Shown one piece after another: positions 13,465 through 26,630 of a stretch of DNA of 64,000 nucleotides. The notes below the pieces were generated by a model. The model did no database searches, was not told the origin of the DNA, and saw only the letters and a program-made list of their open reading frames with translations. Location of the stretch: NCBI GenBank assembly GCA_964016885.1, contig OZ024760.1, forward strand, positions 10,168,001-10,232,000, in the 5' to 3' direction. Every line of letters begins with the position of its first letter. The first letter of the stretch is position 1. Both the position numbers and the translations under genes were made by a program. This DNA is from Eledone cirrhosa. Lineage: Eukaryota.

Positions 13465-13798
13465 CTATCTAAGGCGGGTAAAATTCCCGAGATCCATGGA
13501 CGAGTTCTCTCCAGCAGTCTCTGTCCCTCATTATCGCTGCCATGTCCTGCGTCTCCAACAGACCAGTGTCTGTCCTTAGGGCATCAACATACGTTAACCT
13601 TGGTCTTCCTCTTCTAGTGTGTCCATGTAGGGGCTCCGAAAGGAGCACTGACTGCAATGTCAACTCTGGATGAGAATGCTGAGGATGGCTCTGAACATTA
13701 ATCAGTATACACTGAGGATGAAAAACTCAGAGCTGTATGGGAGCATCCCAAAAGTCAGCTCAAAAGTGACACAGAGGAGACTGAGGTTAGCTGGACAT
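13465..13798 (-). mobile_element. RTE-clade LINE 3' fragment with 5' inversion, inserted in the PLE RT; TSD ACTCATGGTAT
   Basis: Minus 13465-13669 reads HPELT..VLLSEP.HG..RRGRP..TY.D...MRDRDCW with a (TAGA)n tail. Plus 13670-13798 reads RMLRMALNI..N.ELYG.IP..S..V..RRLRLAGH. TSD at 13454-13464 and 13799-13809. Confidence 0.88.
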
Positions 13799-14198
13799 AC
13801 TCATGGTATGATACCAATAAATACCAGTGTAATGTTCTCTAAAAGTATATCCACACAGAGAAAAGATGCAATGCTCAGGCAAATCACAGAGGCAACAAAT
13901 ATAAATGAACTCCTACCAAAATTAAACAGAAAACATGAATGGAATAGCAACATAACTAGTAATTAAGGACAAGATGAAGACATACAGACACACACAAAAA
14001 CCAAACAAAACAAATCAGACACACAGATAGAACAAACAACCAACTAGTGACAAGTAAATAAACACATAAATAAATAAATCAATAAAAACACATACACACC
14101 CAGATGTAACGCATGCGCAAACTAAGCAATCAACACACAGCACACAAAAGCAAGACGGTGTAGGACAGAACAAAGGAGAGACAGAAAATGAAAACCTA

Positions 14199-14241
14199 GT
14201 CACTGAGGAGGTCACAGAATGTGTGATGAAAGAGCTTTGAC
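14199..14241 (+). ncRNA. Minimal hammerhead in the 3' pseudo-LTR of the PLE
   Basis: GUCA-CUGAGGA-gGUCAC...GUGAU-GAAA-GAGC-U-U^-UGAC; same sense as, and downstream of, the RT ORF. Confidence 0.7.
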
Positions 14242-14338
14242 ACTATATTAAACAACCTTCCGGTTATCGAACCAACCAACCGGAAATTTATAACAAATTG
14301 AAGTGAAAACCAAAAGGTGTGTGTGTTTTTATTGGCAG

Positions 14339-14518
14339 CATGACCCTCCCAAAGTATAACATGACCCTCCCAAAGTATAACATGACCCTCCCAAAGTATA
14401 ACAACATGACCCTCCCAAAGTATAACAACATGACCCTCTCGAAGTATAACATGACCCTCCCAAAGTATAACATGACCCTCCCAAAGTATAACAACATGAC
14501 CCTCCCAAAGTATAACAA
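14339..14518 (+). repeat. 21/24-bp tandem repeat (~8 copies) within the PLE terminal repeat
   Basis: CATGACCCTCCCAAAGTATAA(CAA). Confidence 0.9.
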
Positions 14519-14714
14519 TATCGGTTTCAACACACGTTTTCAGATAAGAAATCTTGCAAGACAAATTCGAAAACGAAGATATATATAAACACACACACAC
14601 ACAGATATATATATATATATATAAACACCCACACAGATATATATATATATACACACACACACAGATATATATAAACACCCACACACACACACACACAGGT
14701 ATATATATATATAA

Positions 14715-14817
<103 letters not shown>

Positions 14818-14876
14818 TATATATATATATAAACACACACGCGCACACACGCACACACAGGTATATATATATATAA

Positions 14877-14913
<37 letters not shown>

Positions 14914-15337
14914 AACACCCACACACACACAGGTATATATATATATATATATATATGTATAAACACACACACACACACACACACACACAGGTATATATCA
15001 ACGTTTCAAGTATCCAACATTCCTCTGTTGACACAACTCATCAAAGCCACATCAATCTATTGTATTTACTAAAACTGCCCGAACGCTTATTACATTCACA
15101 ATATTCTCTTCCTGACACATTCTTCATCTCTCTCTCTCTCTCTCTCTCTCCTTCTCTCCTTCTATCACTCTCTCCCTCTCTATCTCTATCACTCTCTATC
15201 TATCTATCTATCTACCTCTCTCTCAATATATATATATGTGTGTGTATATACATACACACAAATATATGTATATAAATATATGTGTGTGTATACGAGTATA
15301 TATGTTCATTCATATATTTATATATATACATTATATA

Positions 15338-15368
<31 letters not shown>

Positions 15369-15496
15369 TATATTCATATCAATATATATACATATAAAGT
15401 CAAACGTGTGTATGCGTGTGTGTGTTTTAGTGTGTATATGTGTGTTAGTGTGTGTGTATGTGTGTCTGTTAGTGTATGTGAGTATGTGTATGTGTG

Positions 15497-15540
<44 letters not shown>

Positions 15541-15879
15541 TATTAGTGTGTGTATATTTGTGGGTATGTGTGTTAGTGTGTGTGTCTGTTAGTGTATGTG
15601 TATGTGTGTGTTAGTGTGTGTGCTAGTGTGTGTTAGTGTGTGTGTGTGTACCCTCGTCTGTCTTAAGATTCCTCTTCAAACGTTAACTCCAAAGTCACTG
15701 ATGTAAACAAGTCAATCAAAGAAGTATATATTTGATGTATGTTTAAGATCGGGAAACATCGGGAGAGATCGGTAAAAATCGGTAGCGATCGCTCTGGGAC
15801 CGACATTTTGTTTGTTCTCTTGGAAAGGCTTCAGAAGAGAAATAGATTTGATGTGTAACATTCACAATTATACACAAAT

Positions 15880-15923
<44 letters not shown>

Positions 15924-16238
15924 ATGTATATATGTAAATATATATATGTATATATATAGAGAGAGAGAGAGAATAACTAAACATACACACACATATATAT
16001 ATACATGTATATATATATATATGTGTGTGTGTGCATGTATATATGTAAATATATATATGTATATATATAGAGAGAGAGAGCGAGGGAGAGAGAGAATAAC
16101 TAAACATACACACACACACATATATATATATGTATATATATATATGTGTGTGTATGTGTATCCCGAATTCAATCGGGGTTAACCACCGTAAGTAAGGTAC
16201 TCAATACATAACAGAGTATAAATTTTTAATATAGAATT

Positions 16239-16290
16239 GGCTTCTACAGGACTAGAACTGTTTCATTCGAAGGAAATCATCAGGAAAGCC
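16239..16290 (-). ncRNA. Type-I hammerhead (same family as 8918-8970)
   Basis: GGCUUUC-CUGAUGA-uUUCcuucGAAu-GAAA-CAG..CUG-U-A^-GAAGCC. Confidence 0.7.
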
Positions 16291-16429
16291 CAGAGCTTTC
16301 CTGGTGACTTAAAATCGACATCAGCTACTGGACTTCAGGCTGAGTGGACGCTCCTCTTTCTTCTAAATAAAATTTATCAAGTTTTGCTGTCACCTGTTCT
16401 CACTTTCTCCCTGGGCCTTCTCTGTTTAT

Positions 16430-16682
16430 AAGCCTGTAGGTTGAGGAAGAGAGCAAAGGGAAGAAGGGAGCACTTGCACAACACGCTCCTGAAGTTGAGG
16501 GTTGTTCTATCGACGGGGTATTAAACAACCCATTTGTGGTGCCTCCCCCCTATTGGGGATTTCGATTGTTGAAATTGTTTGTTTTTATATTTTTTACACG
16601 ACTGTATGTAAAATCCCCGGCATGTCTTTGTATTGTCCCCTTTCTTGTTGCGCCCTTGTGGCTAATAAAGAAATCTATCTAT
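16430..16682 (+). mobile_element. LINE 3' end (possibly L1/Tx1-like); related minus copy at 19145-19455
   Basis: Shared CCTGTAGGTTGAGG and ...TGTGGCTAATAAAGAAA-(TCTA)n terminus; the 19145 copy ends an ORF FMKRWVKVARMA. Confidence 0.5.
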
Positions 16683-17212
16683 TTTGTTGTTATTAACTCT
16701 TCCCCTTTCTTTCTTTCTCTCCCTTTCTCCCTCTCACTTTTACTCTCCCTCTCTCTGCTAGCTACCCCGCTGTTTCTCTCTCCTGTCTTTTTCCCTTACT
16801 CTTGCCGAGGTCAGACGTGTTATTTTCACGTCCACACAGCTTCAGGTCCAGAAGCTAATGTCGACTTTAATTTTTTTTTTTTTTCTCTCTCTTCGAGTTG
16901 CTCACACACATATGCTTTCAGGTTTCCCTCTTCGATATGTTGTTTTCCGCTTTTTTTTTTTGCTTTTTCTTCCCTTTTCCCTTCTGTTGTATATTTATTT
17001 TTCCCTCTCTCTCCTCCCACCCTCCTCCCCAATAACTTCATTTGGTTATTGACGCACTGGGGCTAGATATCTTGCCTTTAATGTGTAGAAATATCCATGA
17101 TCTCCAGCAGACAACTGATGAAGGGAAATTATCCCCCGTTCGTGCTTTCATATATATATATATATAGCCGTCGAAACGGCTTGAGCTCAGCCGTCGGGGT
17201 CCTACTCGTTTC

Positions 17213-17243
<31 letters not shown>

Positions 17244-17399
17244 GTCTGGGATTGCTTGCTTCTCTGTAATGTAATACAGCCAAAAGAGCGCATAATGGGA
17301 AAATACTTTGAAAGGAAGTTGACCCTGAAATGGGAATACAAATGGAATAAAATAAGTTTCTATAGCAAGGTGTATGCCGGAGCTAAGGAAGTAACATCA

Positions 17400-17961
17400 C
17401 ATGACCGGCCAGCCCCCTGTAGCAAGAAAACTAAACACTTCCTAAACCTAAAGTTTTTTGTATGAAATTTCATTGTTTTATAGTTTTACCGCCTCAGGAG
17501 CTCAGGCTAATAACTGTAATATAACGGATTTTAATAGACCCGCCTAAAAAATAAAACAAAAACCTGAGAGCCGACTCTGCCGACGGACATGAAAAGACTG
17601 CCTGGAAGGGACACTCGTCTCAGTAGATGTACTGCTGCCTTCACTCCATCAATGGTGCCCCCCCCCCCCCCCTCCATCTCTGATTTGTGAAATCGACAAC
17701 AGTTTTTTTGGCTGCTATGTATTTTTAAGATGTTTTTTAAACATGATTCCAACGATGTCTTAAATTGAATAAATGATGTTTTTTCTATTACTACATTCAT
17801 CTGTGGTTAATATAAATTATTTTTAAGTATAGTCAACACCCGTGATTAAATTTTAGCTTGTGTAATTTTCCATAAATATTCTTTTATGGCTTCCGTCCGG
17901 CTCGCTATCCGTCATTAATACTCAATCCGGCCCGTGGAGGCAAAGAAGTTGCCGACCCCTG
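17400..17961 (+). mobile_element. hAT-like DNA transposon 3' remnant
   Basis: Ends in the reverse of CAGGGGTCGGCAAC with a CCGGCCCGT subterminal motif; decayed dimerisation-domain-like reading upstream. Confidence 0.45.
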
Positions 17962-18949
17962 CATTAGAAGTTGATAGCAACAGCCCACCTTACCTCTCTG
18001 CTCTAGCCTGGCTATACAGGCACGTCATTTCATTCAGAAATTGTCAGTCCATTCCGGGATAAAAGCTTGCTGTGCTCTGCTGATTAGTTCAGATCGTCAG
18101 CACCAAGGCGGAATTTGAACTGAGAATGTAAAGAGCGGGAACCGATAAAAGAACGTACCTCTCCTCTTATCACTACGACTACCATCACCGCCGCCGCCAC
18201 TACCACCTACCCCTCCTCCACCACCACCACCATCTCCACCACCCCACTACCACCAACATCACTGCCACTACCACCACCAACAACAACACTACCACCACCA
18301 AAACCATCACTAACAAGAACACCACCACCAACAACAACACCTACACCACCACCACCTCCACCAACACCACCACCTCCACCAACACCACCACCAACACCAC
18401 CATCTCCACCACTCCACTACTACCAACACCACTACCACCACCAACACCAATATCACTGCCACCACCACCAACAACAACATCAACACTACCACCAACAACA
18501 ACACCACCACCAACAATAACACCAAAAACACCACCACCAACAACACCTCCACCACCAACACCATCACTAACAACAACAACAACAACAACACTACCACCAC
18601 TACCACCACCATCACTAACAACATCAACAACACCTCCACCACTCAGAGAAAGGAATTTCTTACTTGCGGTATTTGGAGTATGTTTCATCAACATGTGTTT
18701 TAAGTTGCGAGGAAGTAAAGTTAGACCAAGATCTTATTTACCGTGTAGCAGTCAGTGGTAGCTTAGTGGATAATAATGTTGTTACCTTTACTTAGAGACA
18801 TACTGGTGCCTGTTTCGAATCCAGTTCGGAACCATGTAGATGACCACGGATAAAATATTTAGGGAGATGAAACCAGTTGAAACGCTATGGTTCAATTGAA
18901 AAGCTTCAGGGTTTATAATCTTAATAACGACTAATTTTTGGTTGGAGTA

Positions 18950-19165
18950 GATAGATAGATAGATAGATAGATAGATATGTTTCTTTATTAGCCACAGGGG
19001 CACAAGATAGATAGATATGTTTCTTTATTAGCCACAGGGGCACAAGATAGATAGATATGTTTCTTTATTAGCCACAGGGGCACAAGAGAGATAGATATGT
19101 TTCTTTATTAGCCACAGGGGCACAAGATAGATAGCTATGTTTCTTTATTAGCCACAGGGGCACAT
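18950..19165 (-). repeat. ~40-bp tandem repeat of a LINE 3' terminus (5 copies)
   Basis: GATAGATAGATATGTTTCTTTATTAGCCACAGGGGCACAA. Confidence 0.85.
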
Positions 19166-20099
19166 AAGAAGAGGACAAATACAAAGGGGGAATTTACATA
19201 CAATAAAAACGTGTAAAATGTTATCACAAATGCAATTTAAAAATTAATCGATTTTCCCCAATAGGGGGAGACAGTTCATATGGGTAACACATACCCCTGA
19301 AAAAATGTGCAACCCTCATCTCCAGGAGTACGAAGAGTGAGTATCCTCTTCCTCTTTTTCCTCAACCTACAGGCTGATATAGAGAGAAGGCCCAACCACT
19401 CGGGCCATTCTCGCCACTTTCACCCACCTTTCATAAAACTTGCTGGGATACAAGATAGATAGATATCCGAAAGGATAAAAGGTAAAGTTGACTTCGGTAG
19501 CTTTTGAACTCAGAATGCAGTAACCACTCTGCTAAATCTACCATCTACACATACATATAATAGTAAAGGGAGAAAGAATTAGGATTACAGAATTTGTTGG
19601 TAAGTTATCTTTGTTTATGTATAATTAGATACTGAAATTATATGAGTAGAAAAGTATTTAATAATTGGTATGGTTCTTTTTATATATATAGCTGAGTAGG
19701 TTATAATGCTATGAGGTAAATTATTTATTACAAAAGAAGGGAAATTATTAACTGTCAAATTTATCAATTCAACAATCTTATTTGAGTAGTTAATATATAG
19801 AAGAGACTATTAATACTTTGTGTGACTATTTAGAAGGAAAAAAATGTATGTATTATAGCCAAATTCATCAATTTATATTAAATCTAATTTATTTAGATAC
19901 AAACTAAAGTTAAAGTAGATGAAAAATTTTAACGGAGGAAGATTATAAGGGAGAACAATTAACTTATTTTGTCATATAATGTAGATTTTTAAAATAACAA
20001 TCACTTACAGATTATATATAAAGGAGTAATACCTATCTTATTATTCTTTATATATATATATAAAGCATAACTAAAAACTCTAAACGTATTCGAGAATAG

Positions 20100-21085
20100 G
20101 TGGAGGTGAGAATTAAAACTATATCTAAAGGAATATCCTGTATTATATTATCTAGTTTAAAGCTCAACTAAAAACTCTATGAAACGTTTCAAGAATCGGT
20201 GGAGGCAGGAGCTAAAGACCTCAGAGCGTTTATTAATAATTAGTTTTATATTATTAAGAATATAAACAATTTCAGTGGTACATAGGTTACAACTCTTAGA
20301 AATGGAAGAATCTTTATAAGGTAAAGCATAAGAAAGTGTATGTCAAGAAAGAAAATATTCTATATTATTATTTTTAAGCGACTAAATTAATTCAGTTAAA
20401 GCAGTACTAAATCTCTTGTCTTCTCTTTTTAACGTGTGGCGGTGATTATACCATCTTTCCTTAAATTTAGAGGACGTAGCACCTATATAATTATAAGACT
20501 TATCTTTTGTTTTGACAATGTATTTGTAAATTAAATTACGGTCAAGACAGTTATTATTTAATGGGCAAGAATAACTATTTTTACAATTGCAATTACCTAT
20601 GCTGTTATTTAATGATGCTACTTTATTTTAATAGTTCGAGTTGGTATAATTGTTGTTAACCAAGAAGTTATTTATTCTATTAGGCCAGAATTAAGGTTTA
20701 ATGTTATATCTAGGGAATTACCTATTCTATTATTATTTTCAATTTCGAGTTTAAGGCCGTAATTGTTAAAAAAAAAGTCAATTATAATTTTCTTCTTCCT
20801 ATTAAGGGCGCTATTATTATGATTAGTTACTACAAAAAGGTCATCATCTCGATATAAACCTCCGCCAAGCTCAGGTAATCTTCTGTGAATTAGGTTAAGG
20901 ATGAAAATGCCAAGGTTTTGTTAAGTAATGCTGGAGAAATGGAAGAATAATAATTGGTTATATCCAGTTGAATAAATTTGGTCTTGTTTTTACTTTTAAG
21001 TTCAGTGAACCAATCGATAACCTCATTGGTACCATTCCATAATTTTAGTTGAGATCGAAACTTTAGAACTGGTATATATATATAT
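20100..21085 (-). mobile_element. Degenerate Penelope-like element (RT + GIY-YIG)
   Basis: Minus strand gives FIQLDITNYYSSI, GLYRDD, CPLNNNCLDRNLIY, YIGATSSKFKERWYNH and CNLCTTE...NKRSE; internally deleted. Confidence 0.85.
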
Positions 21086-21202
21086 AAATCGTAATCCACC
21101 TGGTTGTGGTGGGGCTGATAATGTCGGTAGAACTCAATTTGTCCTTGGAAGGATGGTTGCAGTGAGATTCGGCACTGTGACCAAATAAAATCACAGTTCA
21201 GG

Positions 21203-21328
21203 GTTTCTGAAGACGGCCGATTGAACAGAGATTTTGAGGCTAGGAATAGGTAATAACTTAACCACTACCACGCTAGTCGATGCGTCGATCTCCACCGATT
21301 AATCCACCCTCTGAAACGATCGTAAAAC
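21203..21328 (+). ncRNA. Type-I hammerhead with long stem II (same layout as 1844-1980)
   Basis: GUUU-CUGAAGA-...-GAAA-CGAUCG-U-A^-AAAC; next to the 5' end of the minus-strand PLE. Confidence 0.6.
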
Positions 21329-21372
21329 AATGAACTATCTATCTACCTACACCTGAGTTTGTTAAATTTCGA

Positions 21373-21430
21373 ATACTTGATGATGTCACCAGGTGCATAC
21401 TGAACCCGGTCATTGAAATGTTCATAGTAT
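21373..21430 (+). ncRNA. Hammerhead motif (C3U); family copy of 11130
   Basis: AUAC-UUGAUGA-...-GAAA-UGUUCA-U-A^-GUAU. Confidence 0.5.
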
Positions 21431-21756
21431 AATAAACCTTTAAGGAATTACACCAGTCCAGCCTCCTGTTATTTTATAATATATATATATAGAGAGAGAG
21501 AGAGAGAGGGGGAGGGAAGAGAGAGGTGTATATACAGAGTGCCCCCAAAAGTGTATACACACTTTATATACATATATATATGTGTGTGTGTAAAAAAGAT
21601 TAGAGTGGGTTACGAGGAAACACTAACAATTTTAGAAGGTAAAAAGAAAAAAAAACAAGAAAAATTTAATTTGAAATAGACACCGGATATTTTTGTCGGC
21701 GTCTTCTATATAGATGGATTCTGGGACAGGGGAAATAACTCCGGTGTGATAAAGAG

Positions 21757-21942
21757 CGGTGGATTGGCAGTATCGGTGTAGCGTCGGACACCATGCTTTG
21801 CAGCATAGAGTTACGCCCCTTTACTGTCTGAGTTCAAATCCCGCCGAGGCTAACTTTGCCTTTCATCCTTACGGGGTCGATAACATAAAGTACCAGTAAT
21901 ACACGGTGATAATTGCTGGCCTTGTGCCCAAAATAGAAACAC
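21757..21942 (+). mobile_element. SINE family A copy
   Basis: TGGCAGTATCGG A box, GAGTTCAAATCC B box, same body as 8461. Confidence 0.85.
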
Positions 21943-22044
21943 TATCTCTATTTAAAGTAGAAATATCCATTCAGAGTTACTTCCCTTGTATACAGTGTCA
22001 TTTACGGTTTGTATCTTCATTGTCTTCATATTAAAGGTATACGG

Positions 22045-22045
22045 T

Positions 22046-22076
<31 letters not shown>

Positions 22077-22700
22077 TGTGGCGGTTGTGGTGGTGATGGT
22101 GATGGTGGTGGTGGTGGTGGTGGTGGTGGTTGTGGCGGTTGGGGTGGTGTTTGAGATGGTGGTGGTGGTTGTGGCGGTTGTGGTGGTGATGATGATGGTG
22201 GTGTTTGAGATGGTGGTGGTGGTTGGGGTTGTGTTTGAGATGGTGGTGGTGGTGGTTGTGGCGGTGGTGATGGTGGGGGTGGCAGTTGGGGTGGTGTTTG
22301 AGATGGTGGTTGTGGTGATAGTGATGGTGGTGGTGTTTGAGATGGTGGTGGTGGTTGTGGCGGTGGTGGTGGTTGTGGTGGTGATGGTGGTGGTGTTTGA
22401 GATGGTGGTTGTGGTGGTGGTGGTGGTGTTTGAGATGGTGGTGGTGGTGATAGTGATGGTGGTGGTGTTTGAGATGGTGGTGGTGGTTGTGGCGGTGGTG
22501 GTGGTTGTGGTGGTGATGGTGGTGGTGTTTGAGATGGTGGTTGTGGTGGTGGTGGTTGTGGCGGTGGTTGTGGTGGTGATGGTGATGGTGATGGTGGTGG
22601 TGTTTGAGATGGTGGTTGTGGTGGTGGTGGTGGTGTTTGAGATGGTGGTGGTGGTGGTTGTGGAGGTGTTTGGAGTGGTGTTTCGAGTGGTGGTGGTCAA
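22045..22700. repeat. (GTG)n-derived low-complexity tract; similar tracts at 18170-18640, 25098-25525 and 29480-29950; (CT)n at 23430-23880
   Basis: Trinucleotide and dinucleotide runs that produce spurious poly-V/T/H ORFs. Confidence 0.9.
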
Positions 22701-23451
22701 CTTTGCCTTTCATCGATTCGAGATCGATCAAAACAAATACCAGACTAGTATGAGGGGTCGATTCTTCCTCTATATACCTCTTTCTCACTTCCTTTCTCTC
22801 ACTTTCTATCTTTCTCTGGAAGAAATCTGCTGTGTTCCGACCAGGAGAGGGTGTGGGCTGCACCAGGTGTTTTTGTTAAAGGCACTAGAAACGCCGTATG
22901 TCAATATGGTGGCCCTACGGTTCCCTCAGAAGTTACGGGGTCATACATGCATATATAATGCATTTTGTTGGTTTACATCTACAATGGAATATAACTACAT
23001 GTATGTTTATTGTAATGTAAGGTACGACAATTATACAAAACTTGTAATTCTTTGAAAAACTCTTTAATGTCTACATTCTTCCATAATTCTCCACTGATGT
23101 CCTACAGTGGCGAGATGATAGTGGAAACGAGGCTGGCGATAACGAGATTGAGGTTGGTGTTGACGGGATTCACGCTGACGATATTGAAAACTGACGAGGT
23201 TGGGTGTGACGTTGACGAGGCTTAAAGTTGATACTCCAATTTTACGGTGGAAATACTAAACGTTAGCGACAATTTGTCACGAATTAAATTTAAAGGGAAA
23301 TAACTCTAAAGCTCTGACTACTTACATTTTCTTTCAGTGCCAAAGTAGCTTCCCTTTAATATTCCTAATTAATACTTCATATCTTTGAATCTATGACGGA
23401 TGTGTGGTATATATATAATGGTAAGTATTTCTCGCTCTCTCGCTCTCTCTC

Positions 23452-23599
<148 letters not shown>

Positions 23600-23699
23600 C
23601 CTCTCTCTTTCTCTCTTTCTCTCTCCCTCTCTCTTTCTCTTTCTCTCTCTCTCCCTCTCTCTCTCCCTCTCTCTTTCTCTTTCTCTCTCCCTCTCTCTT

Positions 23700-23731
<32 letters not shown>

Positions 23732-24634
23732 GCTCTCGCTCGCTCTCTCTCTCTCGCTCTCTCTCTCTCGCTCTCTCGCTCTCTCTCGCTCTCTCGCTCT
23801 CTCTCTCTCGCTCTCTCGCTCTCTCTCTCGCTCTCGCTCTCGCTCTCTCGCTCTCTCGCTCTCTCTCGCTCTCTCTCTCTCCATTTTTCATATATTTAAC
23901 GAACAAATACTCAACCATCGCTGCTCCAATGACACGAGATGGATGGTGTGTGGGAGAAGATTCACTGGTGTGTAGAGTTCCGGGCGCAAACCAGGTCGTG
24001 GTCCCAGAGAAACCGTTACGCTGGAGGTCAGCTGAGGAGACGTGTTGAAATATCCATTGCAACTTGTCGGGCTCGCTCCTTACAGGTGGTCAACTACACC
24101 CAGCAGTTTGTAGAGCCGCAACCCCACCAAGTTTATTTGGTGAGGAGAGTGATTATGGACACCCTGCAGGACAAAAAACGAAACCTGACAAAGGGCGGAA
24201 GAACTCATAAGAGTCAACGGCCATCCAAAAATGTGTAAATATGTATATACACATGTACATATGTATATATATGTATATACATATACACATGTACATATGT
24301 ATGTATATGTATATATGTATATACATGTATGCATGTGTACGTATATCCGCGGGGACATAGAGATAGTCGGGCTGGATACCCGATCGCGCAGTTAAACCAC
24401 TGGGAGTGAAGGACCCCTAGCCTTTGTCAGGGCATTCTTCAAGAAGACAACTCAGGAAACTGGGATAACTCCGACATAAAACCTGCGGCTCAGTAGTTAT
24501 CGATGATGCTGACCATTTCTTCTGTTCGGGTTGTAGCTACTGTCGCTCAGAGACTGGGATTGGCTCAGTGCACAGTCTTTCCTTACTGAAAAAAAAAAAT
24601 CTTCACGCACAGGCATTGCAAGATAGAATTAATT

Positions 24635-24778
24635 AATTGTTTCTACTTTTGGCACAAGGCCAGCAATTACCCAGTACATGACTGGTACTTTATTTTATCG
24701 ACCCCCGTAAGGATGAAAGGCAAAGTTAACCTCGGCGGGATTTGAACTCAGAATGTAAAGGGCCGTAACTCTATGCGT
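24635..24778 (-). mobile_element. SINE family A copy
   Basis: Same sequence as 8461 copy. Confidence 0.8.
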
Positions 24779-25098
24779 CAATTATTAATAATGTTATATC
24801 GTGCAATGGCCATACTCGATAACGAGGGGGCAGTCATCATATAGATGTATATATATATATGTAAATATATATGAGTGTACTTATTATTCTTTTACCTGTT
24901 CCAGCCATCTGGCTGAGGCCATGCTGGGGCACCGTATATATATATATAGAGAGAGAGAGGGGGTGAGAGAGAAGAATGAGGAAGAGGAAGAAGGTGAATA
25001 CAGGGAACTATTACAAGACAATGTAGGACGGAAGTTGGCAGAGAAGAATTAATAACCAATACTGGTTCATTGGTGATTCACACTGAACCGGAACTAGT

Positions 25099-25143
<45 letters not shown>

Positions 25144-25226
25144 ACAGTAGTAGCAGTGGTGGCATTAGCAGCAGTAGTAGTAGCAGCAGCAATAGCAGTA
25201 GAAGTAGTAGTAGTAGTAGTAGCAGC

Positions 25227-25257
<31 letters not shown>

Positions 25258-25767
25258 ACAGTAACAGCAGTGGTGGCATTAGCAGTAGTAGTAGCAGTAG
25301 TAGTAGTAGTAGCAGCAGCAGCAATAGTAGTAGTAGCAGCAGCAGCAATAGTAGTAGTAGCAGCAGCAGCAATAGTAGTAGTAGTAGCAGCAGCAATAGT
25401 AGTAGTAGTAGCGGCAGCAGCAGCCGCAGCAGTAGTAGTATCCGTATTAGTAATAGTAGTAGTAGTATCAGTATTAGTAGTAGTAGTAGTATCTGTAGTA
25501 GTAGTAGTAACAGCAGCAGCAGTAGCATGTTTTCAAAATGCCCTAGAAACGCTGCTGTACGTCAATACGGCAGCCCCTGTGACTTCCTCGGCAGTTACGG
25601 GGCCACAGACACCCGTATATATACATATATATTATAGGTACCCGTTTTACGTGTCATGTATTGAAGCGACTAACTGTTTGTGTACTCAGGGAATGTACCC
25701 CACATTACCTACTGAGTACGCTGAGATATGCTGGGTCCGTCAACTCCTTATTATTATCATATCAAGG

Positions 25768-25958
25768 GTGGTGGATTGGCAGTATCGGTAGAGAGTCGGA
25801 CATCATGCTTTGACGCATAGAGTTACGGCCCTGTCCATTCTGAGTTGAAACCCCGCCGAGGTCAAATTTGCCTTTTATCCTTACGGGGGTCGATAAAATA
25901 AAGTACCAGTAATACACTGGGTAATTGCTGGCCTTGTGCCAAAAGTAGAAACAATTAT
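25768..25958 (+). mobile_element. SINE family A copy
   Basis: Full head-to-tail match to 21757 copy. Confidence 0.85.
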
Positions 25959-26048
25959 TATATATATATCAGTTCAATTTCCGTTTGGAACCTGAACTGA
26001 TAAGGTCTCGTTTCTCGGGTATGTCAATATTTATAAAACAAATTTTGT

Positions 26049-26110
26049 ATTTTATCTGATGAGTGCGTACCAAAGTTGTTTTGGTACCCTTGAAATATAT
26101 ATAATAAAAT
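26049..26110 (+). ncRNA. Type-I hammerhead ribozyme
   Basis: AUUUUAU-CUGAUGA-g..GUACCAAA..UUUGGUAC..u-GAAA-UAUAUA-U-A^-AUAAAAU. Confidence 0.7.
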
Positions 26111-26242
26111 AAATATGGTTTTATAAATATAGTTTCCACTTATTTAATATCATTGAATATTATACTTCAGGAAACTTGTCGAGTGCTTCGAATCTGTTAT
26201 AAATAAATTTGTTGAATTACCACCAAATTAAATATCTCTTTG

Positions 26243-26305
<63 letters not shown>

Positions 26306-26583
26306 TTAATTATACTATTTATGGTTATGTAAATACAAAAACCTTTTGCAGTTATATATAGTTTTATATGCCACACATATAACCTTTGCACTATATAACC
26401 GCTTATTTTCATGTTGTATTTTAACCTGTATTTTTTATTGTATCTTTTAATATGAATGTAATCTCTAAGTGTGTACTGCCACTCTAAATGCTGTAATGAA
26501 TGTTGACCCACAATATTTGCATATGTATCTGTATGTCTCTTGGGTGAAAAGGAGGTCATATAAGTGTTCATTCAATAATAAAT

Positions 26584-26630
26584 TGCTCCGAAGAATCCAA
26601 ACCTCGGTTTGGAGGAAACAGTTGTAAGCA
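26584..26630 (+). ncRNA. Minimal hammerhead, U4C variant
   Basis: UGCU-CCGAAGA-aUCCAAACCucGGUUUGGAg-GAAA-CAGUUG-U-A^-AGCA. Confidence 0.6.

Larger units (their letters stand above)
12590..14580 (+). mobile_element. Penelope-like retroelement (Neptune-like), truncated: RT fragment, 3' pseudo-LTR with hammerhead, inverted terminal copy at the 5' end
   Basis: ORF 12697- has FKFNGKSY.Q..IG, YSRYVDD, LPVLD, HYAKPM and SGY. 12590-12670 is an inverted copy of ~14490-14580. Bounded by TA-rich microsatellite on both sides. Confidence 0.88.

Noticed and set aside
12697-13617. 306-aa ORF as an intact gene
   Set aside because: It is a truncated PLE RT whose C-terminal ~50 aa are read-through into an antisense RTE insertion.
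22009-23055. 348-aa Val-rich ORF and overlapping Thr/His-rich ORFs
   Set aside because: Translation of (GTG)n repeats running into a SINE.
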